The notes beneath the pieces were generated by a model. The model had not been told where the DNA came from. It ran no database searches and was given only the letters and a program-made list of their open reading frames with translations. The translations under genes were made by a program, and so were the position numbers. Below are positions 24,691 through 41,463 of a stretch of DNA of 64,000 bases, piece by piece (within the stretch, counting starts at the first letter, position 1; the number at the start of each line of letters is the position of its first letter). Source of the DNA: the human T2T-CHM13v2.0 reference genome, Homo sapiens. The stretch is taken from NCBI RefSeq assembly GCF_009914755.1, contig NC_060930.1; one strand, 5' to 3'.

Positions 24691-24869
24691 AGTGGCAACC
24701 ACAATTTGATTATATTAATTATAATTAAAACCAGGAAAGCACTGTGAATGAGGCCAGACCTAAGTTAATACATATCAGTGGTGGAACGACAAGTTTAACA
24801 CTCATTATCATCAAATATGCTGGGTGACAGTGCATATATAAGCAGATGCTACTCTGCACACATCTCAGT

Positions 24870-25960
24870 TAGCCTTTTGTACAATGCTCATATGTCAGAT
24901 ATTCTTCTAAATGCTCAATAAACAAGAGATATGGACACAGTCTAGCCCTCAATGAAGAATTCAATAGGTAATCTGACAGTTTAATGGACGAGTTCAATAG
25001 GTAACTTTATTAAGACTGTGCACTTTACTGATGCTATTAGGGATGCCTACATAGGAACAATGAGAACACCAAAGAGCAGCATCAAACCCAGTCTAGGGGA
25101 GGAAAAGGAAAATTATAGAGGTTCTTTGAAAGAGACAGCACCTTCCTTGCAAAAAGAATGGGCAGAGCAGTCAAGCAAAAGCCAAGAGACAGTGGGAGTG
25201 AAGGGAATAACCAGACACTTCCAGGTCTCAACACTGTTGGAAAGAAGAGAGGATAGGAAGAGCAAAGAGGTGGGCCTAGAAAGGTTAGCAGGAGTCAAAT
25301 CACAAAGGGCAATTTATGTCATGTTAATACATTAAGATTTTATTCTTGGAAATGATAGAGAGTTGTTAAATAATTCTAAGCAGAGGAGAATCATAATAAG
25401 ATTTGCTTTTTCAAAAGGTGTGGCAACACTGTGGAAAACCAGAGGAAGGTATATCAGAGATTTATTGCAATGATCAAAAAAAGTGATAGGAGAAACTAAT
25501 TCAGGGCATATGGTATATGGGATAGAAAGAAATGAATAAATTGGAGAAAGATCTGCAAGCAAGGAGGCTGCAGATTTTGCAACAGATTCAACATGAGAGA
25601 AGGGCAAGAGAAAAGATTCAAGAATGATTCCCAGAGAGCTACGTAACTGACTTAATTGGTGGTGGCATCATCTGTGGGGCATGAAATGCAGGGAGAAGAA
25701 CAGTACTGTTAGAGGGAGGGGCACTTTGCCTGGGGACTCTGGTGAAGAAAGGCAGAAGAAGATGAAGTACAGTTTAAAATATCATTAATTTGTGGTGGTC
25801 ACCTGAGCACAAATATCTATTAGGTGAATCTGGAGCTCAGAAGGAAGATTTGAGTTGAAGATTCAGGGGACATCACAGTTAAAAATAGTAGAAGAAATTA
25901 CAGTTATAGATAAGGCAGCAGAGTACAGTGAGAAGGGGAAAAGGTAATCAACATTAGATA
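24870..25960 (-). mobile_element. L2 fragment
   Basis: ttttattcttggaaatgatagagagttgttaaataattctaagcagaggaga...agatttgctttt; tctggagctcagaaggaagatttgagttgaag. Confidence 0.65.
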
Positions 25961-26159
25961 GAGTAACTTATACCAAAGTAGAGGAAAAAAAGATGGGTAA
26001 TATTAGCAAGATAATGTCTGAGACAATCTAAAGAAAATGTATGTATTACGGATTTCAGTCTTATCAGCTCAATGAAAATCTATACTGAGAAGTTTTTGCT
26101 GAATTATAGAGCCCTCAATAAAATTATACTACCAGGAACAAGAATAATAATCCAGAGCC

Positions 26160-26330
26160 CAGCATGATGTATAAAAAGAACACTAGAATGAAGGCCGCAG
26201 ATAGCTACAAATTAGAATTATCTCTACCTCTAGCTATGTAATCTGGAACTACTTCAGTTATTCATCTTCAAAAAAAGGGAATTCAACTGAACAATCCAAG
26301 TTCCCTTCCTACTGCAATAATCCTGATTCT
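26160..26330 (+). mobile_element. MIR3/MIR-like SINE
   Basis: agcatgatgtataaaaagaacactaga...ctagctatgtaatctgg...cttcagttattcatct...aagttcccttcc. Confidence 0.5.
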
Positions 26331-26399
26331 ACAATGCCATGCTTTACTTTCGGAGTAATTCACAATCCCTTGCTGCATCAATTATATAGCCATTCAATG

Positions 26400-26522
26400 C
26401 TTCCTGCATTCAATCATTAAACAAATACTTATTCAGCACCAATTACATTCTAGGTATTCTTCAAAGTGCACAGAACAGAGCAATGAACAAAACAGTCAAA
26501 GTTTTTGTTACCAAGAACTAGT
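26400..26522 (-). mobile_element. L2a 3' end; the element resumes at about 45413-47460 after the L1 nest
   Basis: cattcaatcattaaacaaatacttattcagcacc; duplicated aa(g/a)aactagt at 26513-26522 and 45413-45422. Confidence 0.7.
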
Positions 26523-26926
26523 GAGATTGTTGTTGTTGTTGTTGATTTGTTTTTGTTTTTATGCAATCAAAGCTAAGTTCTTATGAACTTGAAATAGGAT
26601 GCTATAAGTGTAAGATATTCTTCATAATCCTCATGGTAACCATAAGGTAAAAGTCCTTAGTGTAAACACAAAACAAAAATGGAAAAGATTCAAGGCATAC
26701 CACTACAGAAAACCATAAGGCCACAAGGAAACACAGGAGAGGAAGAAAGAAAATATATACAAAACAATCAAAAAACAACTAACATGATGGAAATAGTAAG
26801 TCTTCACCTATCAATTATTACCTTGAATGTAAATGAATTAAATTCTCCAATAACGATACATAGAATGACTAAAAGAATTTTTATAAGACCTAAATGTATT
26901 CTGCCACCAAGAGAATAACCTCAGTC

Positions 26927-27517
26927 TTAAGAACACACATAGACCAAAAGTGATGGGAAGGAAAAAGCTATTCCATGTAAATGTAACCAAAGGAGAGCAG
27001 GTATAGATAAAATTATATCACACAAAATAGAGTTTAAGTCAAAAACTATAAAAAGAAACAAAGGGGGGGTGGAGCCAAGATGGCCGAATAGGAACAGCTC
27101 CAGTCTACAGCTCCCAGCATGAGTGACGCAGAAGATGGGTGATTTCTGCATTTCCAACCGAGGTACCGGGTTCATCTCACTGGGGAGTGCTGGACAATGG
27201 GTGCAGGACACTGGGTGCAGCACACCACGTGTGAGCAGAAGCAGGGCGAGGCATCGCCTCACCCAGGAAGCGCAAGGGGTCAGGGAATTCCCTTTCCTAG
27301 TCAAAGAAAGGGGTGACAGATGGCACCTGGAAAATCGGGTCACTCCCACCCCAATACTGCACTTTTCCAATGGGCTCAACAAACGGCACACCAGGAGATT
27401 ATATCCCGCACCTGGCTCAGAGGGTCCTACGCCCACGGAGCCTCGCTCATTGCGAGCACAAAAGTCTGAGATCAAACTGCAAGGTGGCAGTGAGGCTGGG
27501 GGATGGGCGCCCACCAT
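26927..27517 (-). CDS. L1 ORF0 homolog, open and extended to 196 aa through the element's 5' end
   Basis: MVGAHPPASLPPCSLISD...VGVGPSEPG...VGVTRFSRC matches the L1 ORF0 N-terminus; ATG in GCAATGG context; translation unproven. Confidence 0.55.
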   Translation of the reverse strand: MVGAHPPASLPPCSLISDFCARNERGSVGVGPSEPGAGYNLLVCRLLSPLEKCSIGVGVTRFSRCHLSPLSLTRKGNSLTPCASWVRRCLALLLLTRGVLHPVSCTHCPALPSEMNPVPRLEMQKSPIFCVTHAGSCRLELFLFGHLGSTPPLFLFIVFDLNSILCDIILSIPALLWLHLHGIAFSFPSLLVYVCS

Positions 27518-28092
27518 TGCCGACGCTTGAGTAGGTAAACAAAGTGGCTGGAAAGCTTGAACTGGATGGATCCCACCACAGATCCAGGAGGCCTGCCTGC
27601 CTCTGTAGGCTCCACCTCTGGGGGCAGGGCACAGACAAACAAAAGGCAGCAGTAACCTCTGCAGACTTAAATGTCCCTGTCTGACAAATTTGAAGAGAAT
27701 AGTGGTTCTCCCAGCATGCAGCTTGAGACCTGAGAATGCGCAGACTGCCTCCTCAAGTGGGTCCCTGACCCCCGAGTAGCCTAACTGGGAGGCACCCCCA
27801 AGTAGGGGCAGACTGACACCTCACACGGCCGGGTACTCCTCTGAGACAAAACTTTCAGAGGAATGATCAGGCAGCAGCATTTGCGGTTCACCAATATCCA
27901 CTGTTCTGCAGCCACCGCTGCTGATACCCAGGCAAACAGTGTCTGGAGTGGACCTCCAGCAAACTCCAACAGACCTGCAGCTGAGTGTCCTGACTGTTAG
28001 AAGGAAAACTAACAAACAGAAAGGACATCCACACCAAAAACCCATCTGTACGTCACCATCATCAAACACCAAAGGTAGGTAAAACCACAAAG
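27064..28092 (+). promoter_or_regulatory. L1 5'UTR sense/antisense promoter with YY1 site (27076-27085) and retained ZNF93-binding segment (27840-27967)
   Basis: CAAGATGGCC at about +13; 128-nt segment between actcc microhomologies that L1HS lacks. Confidence 0.85.
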
Positions 28093-29109
28093 ATGGGGAA
28101 AAAACAGAACAGAAAAACTGGAAACTCTAAAAAGCAGACTGCCTCTCCTCCTCCAAAGGAATGCAGCTCCTCACCAGCAATGGAACAAAGCTGGACGGAG
28201 AATGACTTTGACGAGTTGAGAGAAGAAGGCTTCAGAAGATCAAACTACTCCGAGCTAAAGGAGGAAGTTTGAACCAATGGCAAAGCAGTTAAAAACCTTG
28301 AAAAACAATTAGACGAATGGCTAACTAGAATAACCAATGCAGAGAAGTCCTCAAAGGACCGGATGGAGCTGAAAACCAAGGCACGAGAACTACATGACGA
28401 ATGCACAAGCCTCAGTAGCCGATGCGATCAACTGGAAGAAAGGGTATCAGTGACAGAAGATGAAATGAATGAAATGAAGCGAGGAGAGAAGTTTAGAGAA
28501 AAAAGAATAAAAAGAAATGAACAAAGCCTCCAAGAAATATGGGACTATGTGAAAAGACCAAATCTATGTCTGATTGGTGTACCTGAAAGTGATGGGGAGA
28601 ATGGAACCAAGTTGGAAAACACTTTGCAGGATATTATCCAGGAGAACTTCCCCAATCTAGCAAGGCAGGCCAACATTCAGATTCAGGAAATACAGAGAAT
28701 GCCACAAAGATACTCCTCGAGAAGAGCAACTCCAAGACACATAATTGTCAGATTCACCAAAGTTGAAATGAAGGAAAAAATGTTAAGGGCAGCCAGAGAG
28801 AAAGGTCAGGTTACCCACAAAGGGAAGCCCATCAGACTAACAGCTGATCTCTCGGCAGAAACCCCACAAGCCAGAAGAGAGTGGGGACCAATATTCAACA
28901 TTCTTAAAGGAAAGAATTTTCAACCCAGAATTTCATATCCAGCCAAACTAAGCTTCATAAGTGAAGGAGAAATAAAATATTTTACAGACAAGCAAATGCT
29001 GAGAGATTTTGTCACCACCAGGTCTGCCCTAAAAGAGCTCCTGAAGGAAGCACTAAACACGGAAAGGCACAACCGGTACCAGTCACTGCAAAAACATGCC
29101 AAATTGTAA
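28093..29109 (+). pseudogene. L1 ORF1p (338 codons) with a nonsense mutation at codon 60
   Basis: ATG 28093; in-frame TGA at 28270-28272 (CGA>TGA); downstream RRM/CTD motifs YVKRPNL, REKG, ARREW, YPAKLS are intact. Confidence 0.93.
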
Positions 29110-29172
29110 AGACCATCGAGACTAGGAAGAAACTGCATCAACTAACGAGCAAAATCACCAGCTAACATCATA

Positions 29173-32997
<3,825 letters not shown>

Positions 32998-33342
32998 ACA
33001 ATGAGAACACATGGACACAGGAAGGGGAACATCACACACTGGAGACTGTTGTGGGGTGGGGGGAGGGGGGAGGGATAGCCTTAGGAGGTATACCTAATGC
33101 TAAATGACGAGTTAATGGGTGCAGCACACCAACATGGCACATGTATATATATGTAACAAACCTGCACAATGTGCACATGTACCCTAAAACTTAGAGTATA
33201 ACAATAATAAAATTTTTAAAAAAAGAAACTAAGAAGGGCATTATATAATGATAAGAGGGTAAATTCATCAACAAGACATAACAATTGTTAATACATATGC
33301 CCTCAAAATTGGAGTACCTAAATATATTTTTTAAATATTATG

Positions 33343-36300
33343 AAAGATTGTTTTCAAGAAGGCTGACTAGGGACATTGGAAGCCAGTTCTTCTCAGAAAG
33401 AAGATCAAGGTTACTAGTGATTGAACATGTTCTGAATGAAAAACTGAGGGAAGAAAGCCAGGAACTGTTGGAGTGCCCATGGGAAGAATCTGGAGTGCAG
33501 AAAGGGAAAGCAGCAAGAGTCTGGCAGAGATTGACACCTGAGGAACTCAGAGTCCAGTGGAAAGGACAGTTGGGAGAGCTCCTCTGTTCTGCTCACCCCT
33601 GCAACAATCTGCTGACCATCAAACTGTTGTGGATCCCCTTTACCCTCAAGACCCAGGGCAAACTATCAGTGGCAATTTGGGAACTTTCTAGGAACAGAGA
33701 ACCAGGTGGCATGGCCAGCTCACATAGGCAAGCCCACACTCCTCTCAGAACTGACCTGAAACAATGGGTGCCACAGTGGTTGGGTACCTATGGTGGGCCA
33801 CTGGCCTGCCTGGGGAATCTCTGCCCTCAGTCACATCACCAGATCTCCCACAAACATACTCCCCAAGCTGCTCTAACTTGTGGAAGCACAGAGGACAAGT
33901 ATATCCTCAGGGAGCTGCAGGACTGCTGGAAATACAGCAATTGGTGTGGGCCACTGCTAAGGAAGGGAAGAGTGTGCCCACCAAATCCTCCCTTGGAACA
34001 AAGGAATGTGGGGTGTGTGCAGTGCCAATAGCTGAAGGGGGAAGCACCAACAGCTGGGAATGAAAATGGAGAGGGGAATCATCTCCCACCCATTCCTCTG
34101 TCCACCACTGCAGATGCAGCAATGCTTCTCCCCACTGGGGGCCAGTGCATTTGCCCCTGAAGAAAGTGTTTTTCATGATTTTGTGGTAGCTCCACCCCGG
34201 CTGTAAGTGAGACTGTGCTGCTTGGGCTTGCACAAAAGGTGGGGCCCAACTCCCTGTCCCTAAACAGAGCAGCAGCATCTCAGAAACAGGGAACAGTCAA
34301 ACTGCAGAGTTGTATTCTCTGGACTGGGGGAAGAGGCTCTGTCTCAAGTCTATTTTGGTAGTAGCAGCCAGAAGGTAGTATCCATAGTTCACAGCAGCAC
34401 TGCAGCCAGAAACCAAATGACAAAGTCTATATGAACTGAAGGACATGAGCCCTGTGATGGGGGAATGTTAGGGAAATGGATCACATTCCTACCTGCTCAG
34501 GATGAGGAGCTAGTGCCCCGGGCCCTGCCCCTTTACCTGAAACCTCAGTGCACTGCAACACAATCTCCCCCCATTGGACTGGAGCCTGAACTGCACTACC
34601 AAATAAAAAACATGCTGTGAGAAGGGCTCAGTGCTAGTGCATAGAATAAGCTTCCTGAGACCTATGCACCCTCAGCCATGCAGGAGGTAGTGTGTCAGTT
34701 CATATATCCATTACATTGCTACAACAAGTAGCGTCTGAGAAAGAAACTGCACAGAAGCTATCAACAACCAAAAAACCTACACAGAACCTTGGCCTCCAGA
34801 AAGCATCCAGAAATGAAGATGAACAGTCCTACACAACATATACCACAGTCATACCTTCGAGGGAAAAAAATTTTAAGTATCATTCAAGTGACAACAAATT
34901 AAAAGATAAGCCCCTCAGATGAGAAGTAATCAGCGCAAGAACTACAGCAGTACAAAAAGCCAGAGGTCTTGGCCCCTCCAAAGGATTGCACTCATTTTCC
35001 AGCAATGGATCCTAACCAAAATGAAAAGTCTGAAATGACAGTTTAAGGATTCAAAATATGGATTGCAAGGAAACTCAGATCAAGAGAAAGTTGAAGTTCA
35101 ACACAAAGAAACCAGAAAAACAATTCAGAATATAAAAGACAAGATAACTGTATTTTTAAAAAATAGAACTTCTGGAATTGAAAATTTTACTAAAGGAATT
35201 TCAAAATACCATCAGAAACTTTAACGATTCACTGAACCAAGCAGAAGAAAGAATTTTAGAGCTTGAAGACAAGTCCTTCGAATTAACCTAGTCAGACAAA
35301 AATAAAGAAAAAATAACTTTAAAAATGAACAAAGCTTTTAAGAAATACGGAATTATGTACAGCAACCAAACCTGTGATTTATTGGCATTCTAAGGAGAGA
35401 AAAAAAAGTAAGCAACTTAGAGAAAATATTTAAGAAAATAATTCAGAAAAATTTCCCCAATCTTTCTAGAGAGGTTGACATCCAGATATATGAAATTCAG
35501 AGAACACCTGTAAGATACTATACAAGACTACCATCACTAAGATATATAGTCATCAGACTATCCAAGGTCAATGCAAAATAAAAAATCTTAAAGGCAGCTA
35601 GAGAAAGGAGCAAAATTATGTATAAAGGAAATACCATCAGAATAACAGCAGACTCCTCTGTGGAAACCTTAAAAATCAGAAGAGATTAGGGGCCTATTTT
35701 TAGCCTCCTTTAAAAAAAAACAATGCCAACCAAGAATTTTTTGTCCTGTCAAACTAAACTTCACAAAGGAAGGAGAAATAAGGCATTTCCCAAACAAGCA
35801 AATGCTAAGGGAATTTGTCACTACCAGACTAGCCCTACAAGAAACGTTCAAAAGAGTTATAAACATGGAAATTAAAGGACGAAACTTGCTACCATAAAAA
35901 CAAACATAATTACAAAGTTCACATGTCCTTTAAATCAATCACACAATTGAGACTACAAAGCAAATAGCTAACAATACTATGTCAGGAAGAAAATCTCACA
36001 TATCAAAATTAGCCTTGACTGTAAAGGACCTAAAGGCTCCATTTAAAAGACATAGAGTGGCAAATTGGATTCTAAAACACAAAAAAAAAACAAAAAGACA
36101 ACCATCTGCTGCCTTCAACACACCCATCTCACATATAATGTCACCCACAGGCTCAAAGTAATGGGATGGAGAAAGCTCTATCATGAAAATGAAAAACAAA
36201 AAAAAAAAACAGCAAGTGTTTCTATTTTTGTATCTTGTATTAAACAGACTTTAACAGTAAAATAAAATACAAAGAAGGACATTATATAATGATAAAAAGT

Positions 36301-39300
36301 TCAATTCAACAAAAAGATTAAACTATCCTAAATACATATTCACTGAACATCAGAGCACCTAGATTTATAAAATAAATACTACTAGACCTATGAAAAGAGA
36401 TAGACAGCCATACAATAATAGTGAGGGACTTCAACACCTCACTGACAGCACTAGATAGGTTACTGAGGCAGAAAACTAGCAAAGAAACTCTGTACTTAAA
36501 CTGGACTCTTAATTAAGTGGACCTAATAGATGTCTCCAGAATACTCCACCCAACAACCACAGAATACACATTTTTCTCATCTGCACATGGAATATTCTCT
36601 CAAGTTGACCACAAGCTTGGTCATAAAGCAAGTCTCAATAAATTTTTAAAAATTAAAATAATATCAAGCATCTTCTTGGACAGTAGTAGAATAAAATTAG
36701 AAATAAATACCAAGATGAACTCTTAAAACCACATACATACATGTGAATGAAATAACTTGCTCCTGAATGACTTTTGGATGAATAATGAAATTAATGCAAA
36801 AATAAAAAAAAAATTTACAAACAAATGGAAATAAAGATGCAACATATCAAAACCCCTTGGATATAGCAAAAGCAGTGTTAAGAGGAAAGTTTATAATGCT
36901 AAATGCCCACATCAAAACGATAGAAAGATCTCAAATTAACAACCTAACATCATACCTAAAGGAGCTAGAAAAACAAAAACAAACTAAACCAAAGCTAGCA
37001 GAAGAAAAGAAATAACAAAAACCAGAGAAGAACTAAATAAAATTGAAACCAAAAGCATTATACAAAAAAATCAACAGAAGAAAACGTTGGTTTTTTGAAA
37101 GAATAAACAAAATTCATAGTTGGCTAGCTAGATTAATCAATAAAAAAGAGAGATTAAATAAGCACAACCAGAAACAACAAAGGTGACATTATGACTGATA
37201 CCACAGAATTTTTTTTAAAAGATCCTCAGAGACTACTATGAACATCTCCTCCATGCACAAAAACTAGAAAACCTAGAGGAAATGGATACATTCCAAGAAA
37301 CACACAACCTTCCAAGATTGAATAGAAAGAAATTGAAATCCGGAATAGACCAATAAAAAGTTACAAATTGAATTAGTACCAAAAAATCTACCAACAAAAA
37401 AGAAAGTCCAGGACCAGACAAATTCACAAATTCTACCAGACATACGAAGAATAGCTACTACCAATCTTACTGAAACTATTCCAAAAAATTGAGGAGGAAG
37501 GATTCTCTCAAACTTATGTTGCAAAACCAGCATCATCCTGATACCAAAATCTGGCAAGGACACAACAACAACAAAAAAGAAAACTGCAGGCCAATATCTC
37601 CAATGAACACAGATGCAAAATCCTCAATAAAATGCTAGCAAACAGAATCCAGCAGCATGTCAAAAAGATAATTCATGATTAAGCAGTTTTGTTCCTGGGA
37701 TGCAAAGATGGTTCAACATACATAAATCAGTAAATGTGATTCACTACATAAACAAAATTAAAACCAAAAGGCACATGAGCATATCAATAGACACAGAAAA
37801 AGCACTTGATAAACCCAACATCTTTTCATGACAAAAATCTTCAACAAACTAGGCATTGAAGGAACATACCTCAAAATAATAAGACCCACAAATGACAAAC
37901 CCCTAGGGAACATCAGACTGAATTGGGAAAACTTGAAAGCATTTCCCCAAAGAACTGGAAGAAGACAGAATGTCCACTCTCACCACTTCTATTCAACATA
38001 GTACTGGAAGCCATAGCAAGGGTACTTGTGCAAAATGAATAAATAAAAGACATCCAAAAAGGAATAGACACAGTCAGCTTAACTGTGTTTGCTGATGACA
38101 TGACGCTAAACCCTACAACACCCTAAAAATTCCTTCAAAAGACACCTAGTCCTGATAAATGACTTTGGTAAAGTTTTAGGATACAAAATTAATGCATGAA
38201 AATAAGTAGCATTTCTATTCAACAACAATGGTGAAGCTAAGAACTAAACCAAGAACTCAATCAAATTTATAATTGCCACAAAAAAATACAATATCTTGGA
38301 ATACATTTAACCAGGGAGGCAAAAGACCTCTACAAGGAGAACTAAAAAACACTTATGAAATTAATCACAGATGACACAAACGAATGGAAAAACATCGCAT
38401 GTTTGTGGATAGGAGGAATCATTAATGTTAAAATGACTATAATGACCAAAACAATCTACAGGTTCAATGCAATTTCTAACAAATTACTAATGTTATTTTT
38501 CACAGAATTAAAAAAAACAATTTTAAAATTCACATGAAACCAGAAGAACCTGAATAGCCAAGGCAATCCTAAGCAAAAAGAAAAAAGCCAGAAGCATTAC
38601 ATTACCAGACTTCCGTCTATACTACAAGGCTATAGTATACAAACAACATGGTACCGGTACAAAAATAGACATATAGAGCAATGGAACAGCATAGAGAACC
38701 AAGAAATAAAGCCACACACCTATCACCAACTGGTCTTCAACAAAGTTGACAAAAATTTCCAATAGGGAAATGACACCCTATTTAATAAACAGTGCCGGGA
38801 AAACTGGCTAGCCATATGCAGAAGAATGAAACTAGACCCCTACCTCTCACTATACACAAAAATTAACTCAAGATGGATTAAAAACTTAAATGTAAGACCT
38901 GAAACTATAAAAATCTTAGAAGAAAATCTAGAAAAACTTCTTCTGGACTTTGGCCTAGGCAAAGAATTTATGACCAAAATCTAGAAAAAGAAATACACCA
39001 AAAACAAAAATTGACAAATAGGACTTAATTTAACCAAAAAGTTTCTGCACAACAAAGAAACAATCAACAGAGTAAAAAGACAACCTACAGAGTCTGAGAA
39101 AATATTTGCAAACTATGCCTCCAACAAAGGATTAAAATCCAGAATCTATAATGAAATTAAACAAATCAACAAGATCAAAACAAATAACACCAATTAAAAG
39201 TGGGCAAAGGACATGAACAGACACTTCTCAAAAGACGACCACGCAAGCAGCCAACAAATATGTGAGAAAATCGTCAACATGACTAATCATCGGAGAAATG

Positions 39301-40446
39301 TAAATCAAAACCACAATGAGATACCATCTCATAACAGTCAGGATGGCTATTACTACAAATTCAAAAAACAACAGTTGTTGGTGAGAATATGGAGAAAAGG
39401 GAATGCTTATACACTCTTGGTGGGAATGTAGGTTAGTTCAACCCCTGTGAAAAACAGTATGGAGATTTCTGAAAGAAATAAAATATATCCAGCAATCTGA
39501 GTACTTGGTACCTACCTAAAGGAAAAGAAATTGCTATATAAAAAAGACACTTACACTCATATTTTTATCACAGCACAGGACTATTAACAATAGCAAAGTC
39601 ATGGAATCAACCTAAGTGTTCACCAACAGTGACTTGGATGAAGAAAATGTGATATATATATATATATCTCCACTGGTCTAAAAATGTGATTTTATATATA
39701 TATATGTATATATACACGTATATACGTGTATATATACACACACACATAAATGTGATATATATATCACATTTATATATTATATGTATATATTATATATAAA
39801 TATTGTATTATATATTATATATCACATTTATATATTATATTTATATATACATATTATATTATATATAAATATATATAATATATAAATGATATATATATAT
39901 CACATTTTCTTTATCCAAGCCACTGTTGATGAACACTTAGGTTATATATATATGGATATATATATCCATATATATAAAAAATATATGTATAAAGTATATT
40001 TTTTGTATATATGTATATATATCCATATATATAGATATATATCTCCCCCACATGGAATACTACACAGCCAAAAAAAAAGAATGAAATCATATCCTTCCCC
40101 AAACGGAAATCATATCCTTCCCCAAAACACGGATGTAGCTGGAGGCCATCCTCCTAAGTGAAATAACTCAAACAGAAAACCAGTAAGTGAGCATATTCTC
40201 ATTTATAAGTGGGAGCTAACCAATGGATATGTATGTACACTAAGGTGGAAACAATAAACACTGGGGATTCCAAAAGTGGGGAAGGTGGGATGGGACAAGG
40301 GTTGTAAAACCATCCATTGGGTTCTGTGTTACTATTTGGGTGATGAGTTCACTTGAAGACCAAACCCAAGCATTATATAATATGTCCATGTAACAAACCT
40401 GCACCTATACTTTCTGAATCTATAATAAGAAGAAAGTAAAATAAAC
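33343..40446 (+). mobile_element. Full-length older LINE-1 (L1PA16/17-like), heavily decayed
   Basis: 5' ttcaaga(t>a)ggctgactaggg; long 5'UTR; ORF1 from about 34919, ORF2 from 35979; 3'UTR ending gtaacaaacctgcac...gaatctataataag; TSD aaatatta(tg/ca) 33333-33342/40447-40456. Confidence 0.85.
39609..40050. repeat. AT-rich microsatellite expansion with inverted-repeat arms
   Basis: (TA)n-rich 39651-40045; 39609-39660 and 39892-39943 are reverse complements with 3 mismatches. Confidence 0.9.
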
Positions 40447-41154
40447 AAATATTACAGGATCCAAAGGGAGAGATAGATTGCAATACAGTGAAGTAATGAA
40501 CTCCAATATCCCACTTTTAACAAAGGACAGGTCATCCAGATAAAAAAGTAATAAGAAAACATGGGACTTGAACAACACTTTAGACCAGTGGACCTAAGAG
40601 ACACATACGAAACATTCTATCCAACAGCAACAAAATAAACATTTTTTCAGGTACACACAGAACATTCTCCAGAATAAACCATATGCTGGGGCATAAAACA
40701 AGTCTAAGTAAATTTAAGATAGAAATTATAACAAGTATCTTTTCTGACCACAATGCTGTGAAACTAAAAATCAATAACAATAGGTTTTGGAAAATTCACA
40801 AATACATGGAAATTAACCAACATGGTAATTAATAACCAACCAACGGGTCAATGATAAAATTAAAAGGGACATTTTAAAATCTTCCAACAAGTGAAAATGG
40901 TAACACAATTATCAAAACTTATGGGATACAGCATAAGTGGTTCTAAGAGGTAAGTTTATAGCAGTAAATGCCTATATTGAAAAAGAAAAATCTCACATAA
41001 ACAACTTATGTTACACCTGAAGGAACTAGATAAACAAAAAATAGTAAGCCCAAAGTTAGTAGAAGGAAGTAAATAATAAAGATCAAGCAGAAACAAATGA
41101 AATAGAGACTAGAAAAACAACACAAAAGATCAACAAAACTAAGAGCTGATTTTT

Positions 41155-41463
<309 letters not shown>

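Noticed and set aside
33053-33074. G-quadruplex as a novel feature
   Set aside because: It is the standard L1 3'UTR polypurine tract.
33285-34031. 248-aa ORF
   Set aside because: Has a non-ATG start and runs across the host-L1/L1PA16 5'UTR junction; no recognisable domain; most likely a chance open frame in a GC-richer UTR.
39650-40050. CRISPR-like or coding repeat (ORFs 39886 and 39911)
   Set aside because: Low-complexity TA microsatellite with no repeat-spacer periodicity, in a eukaryotic context.
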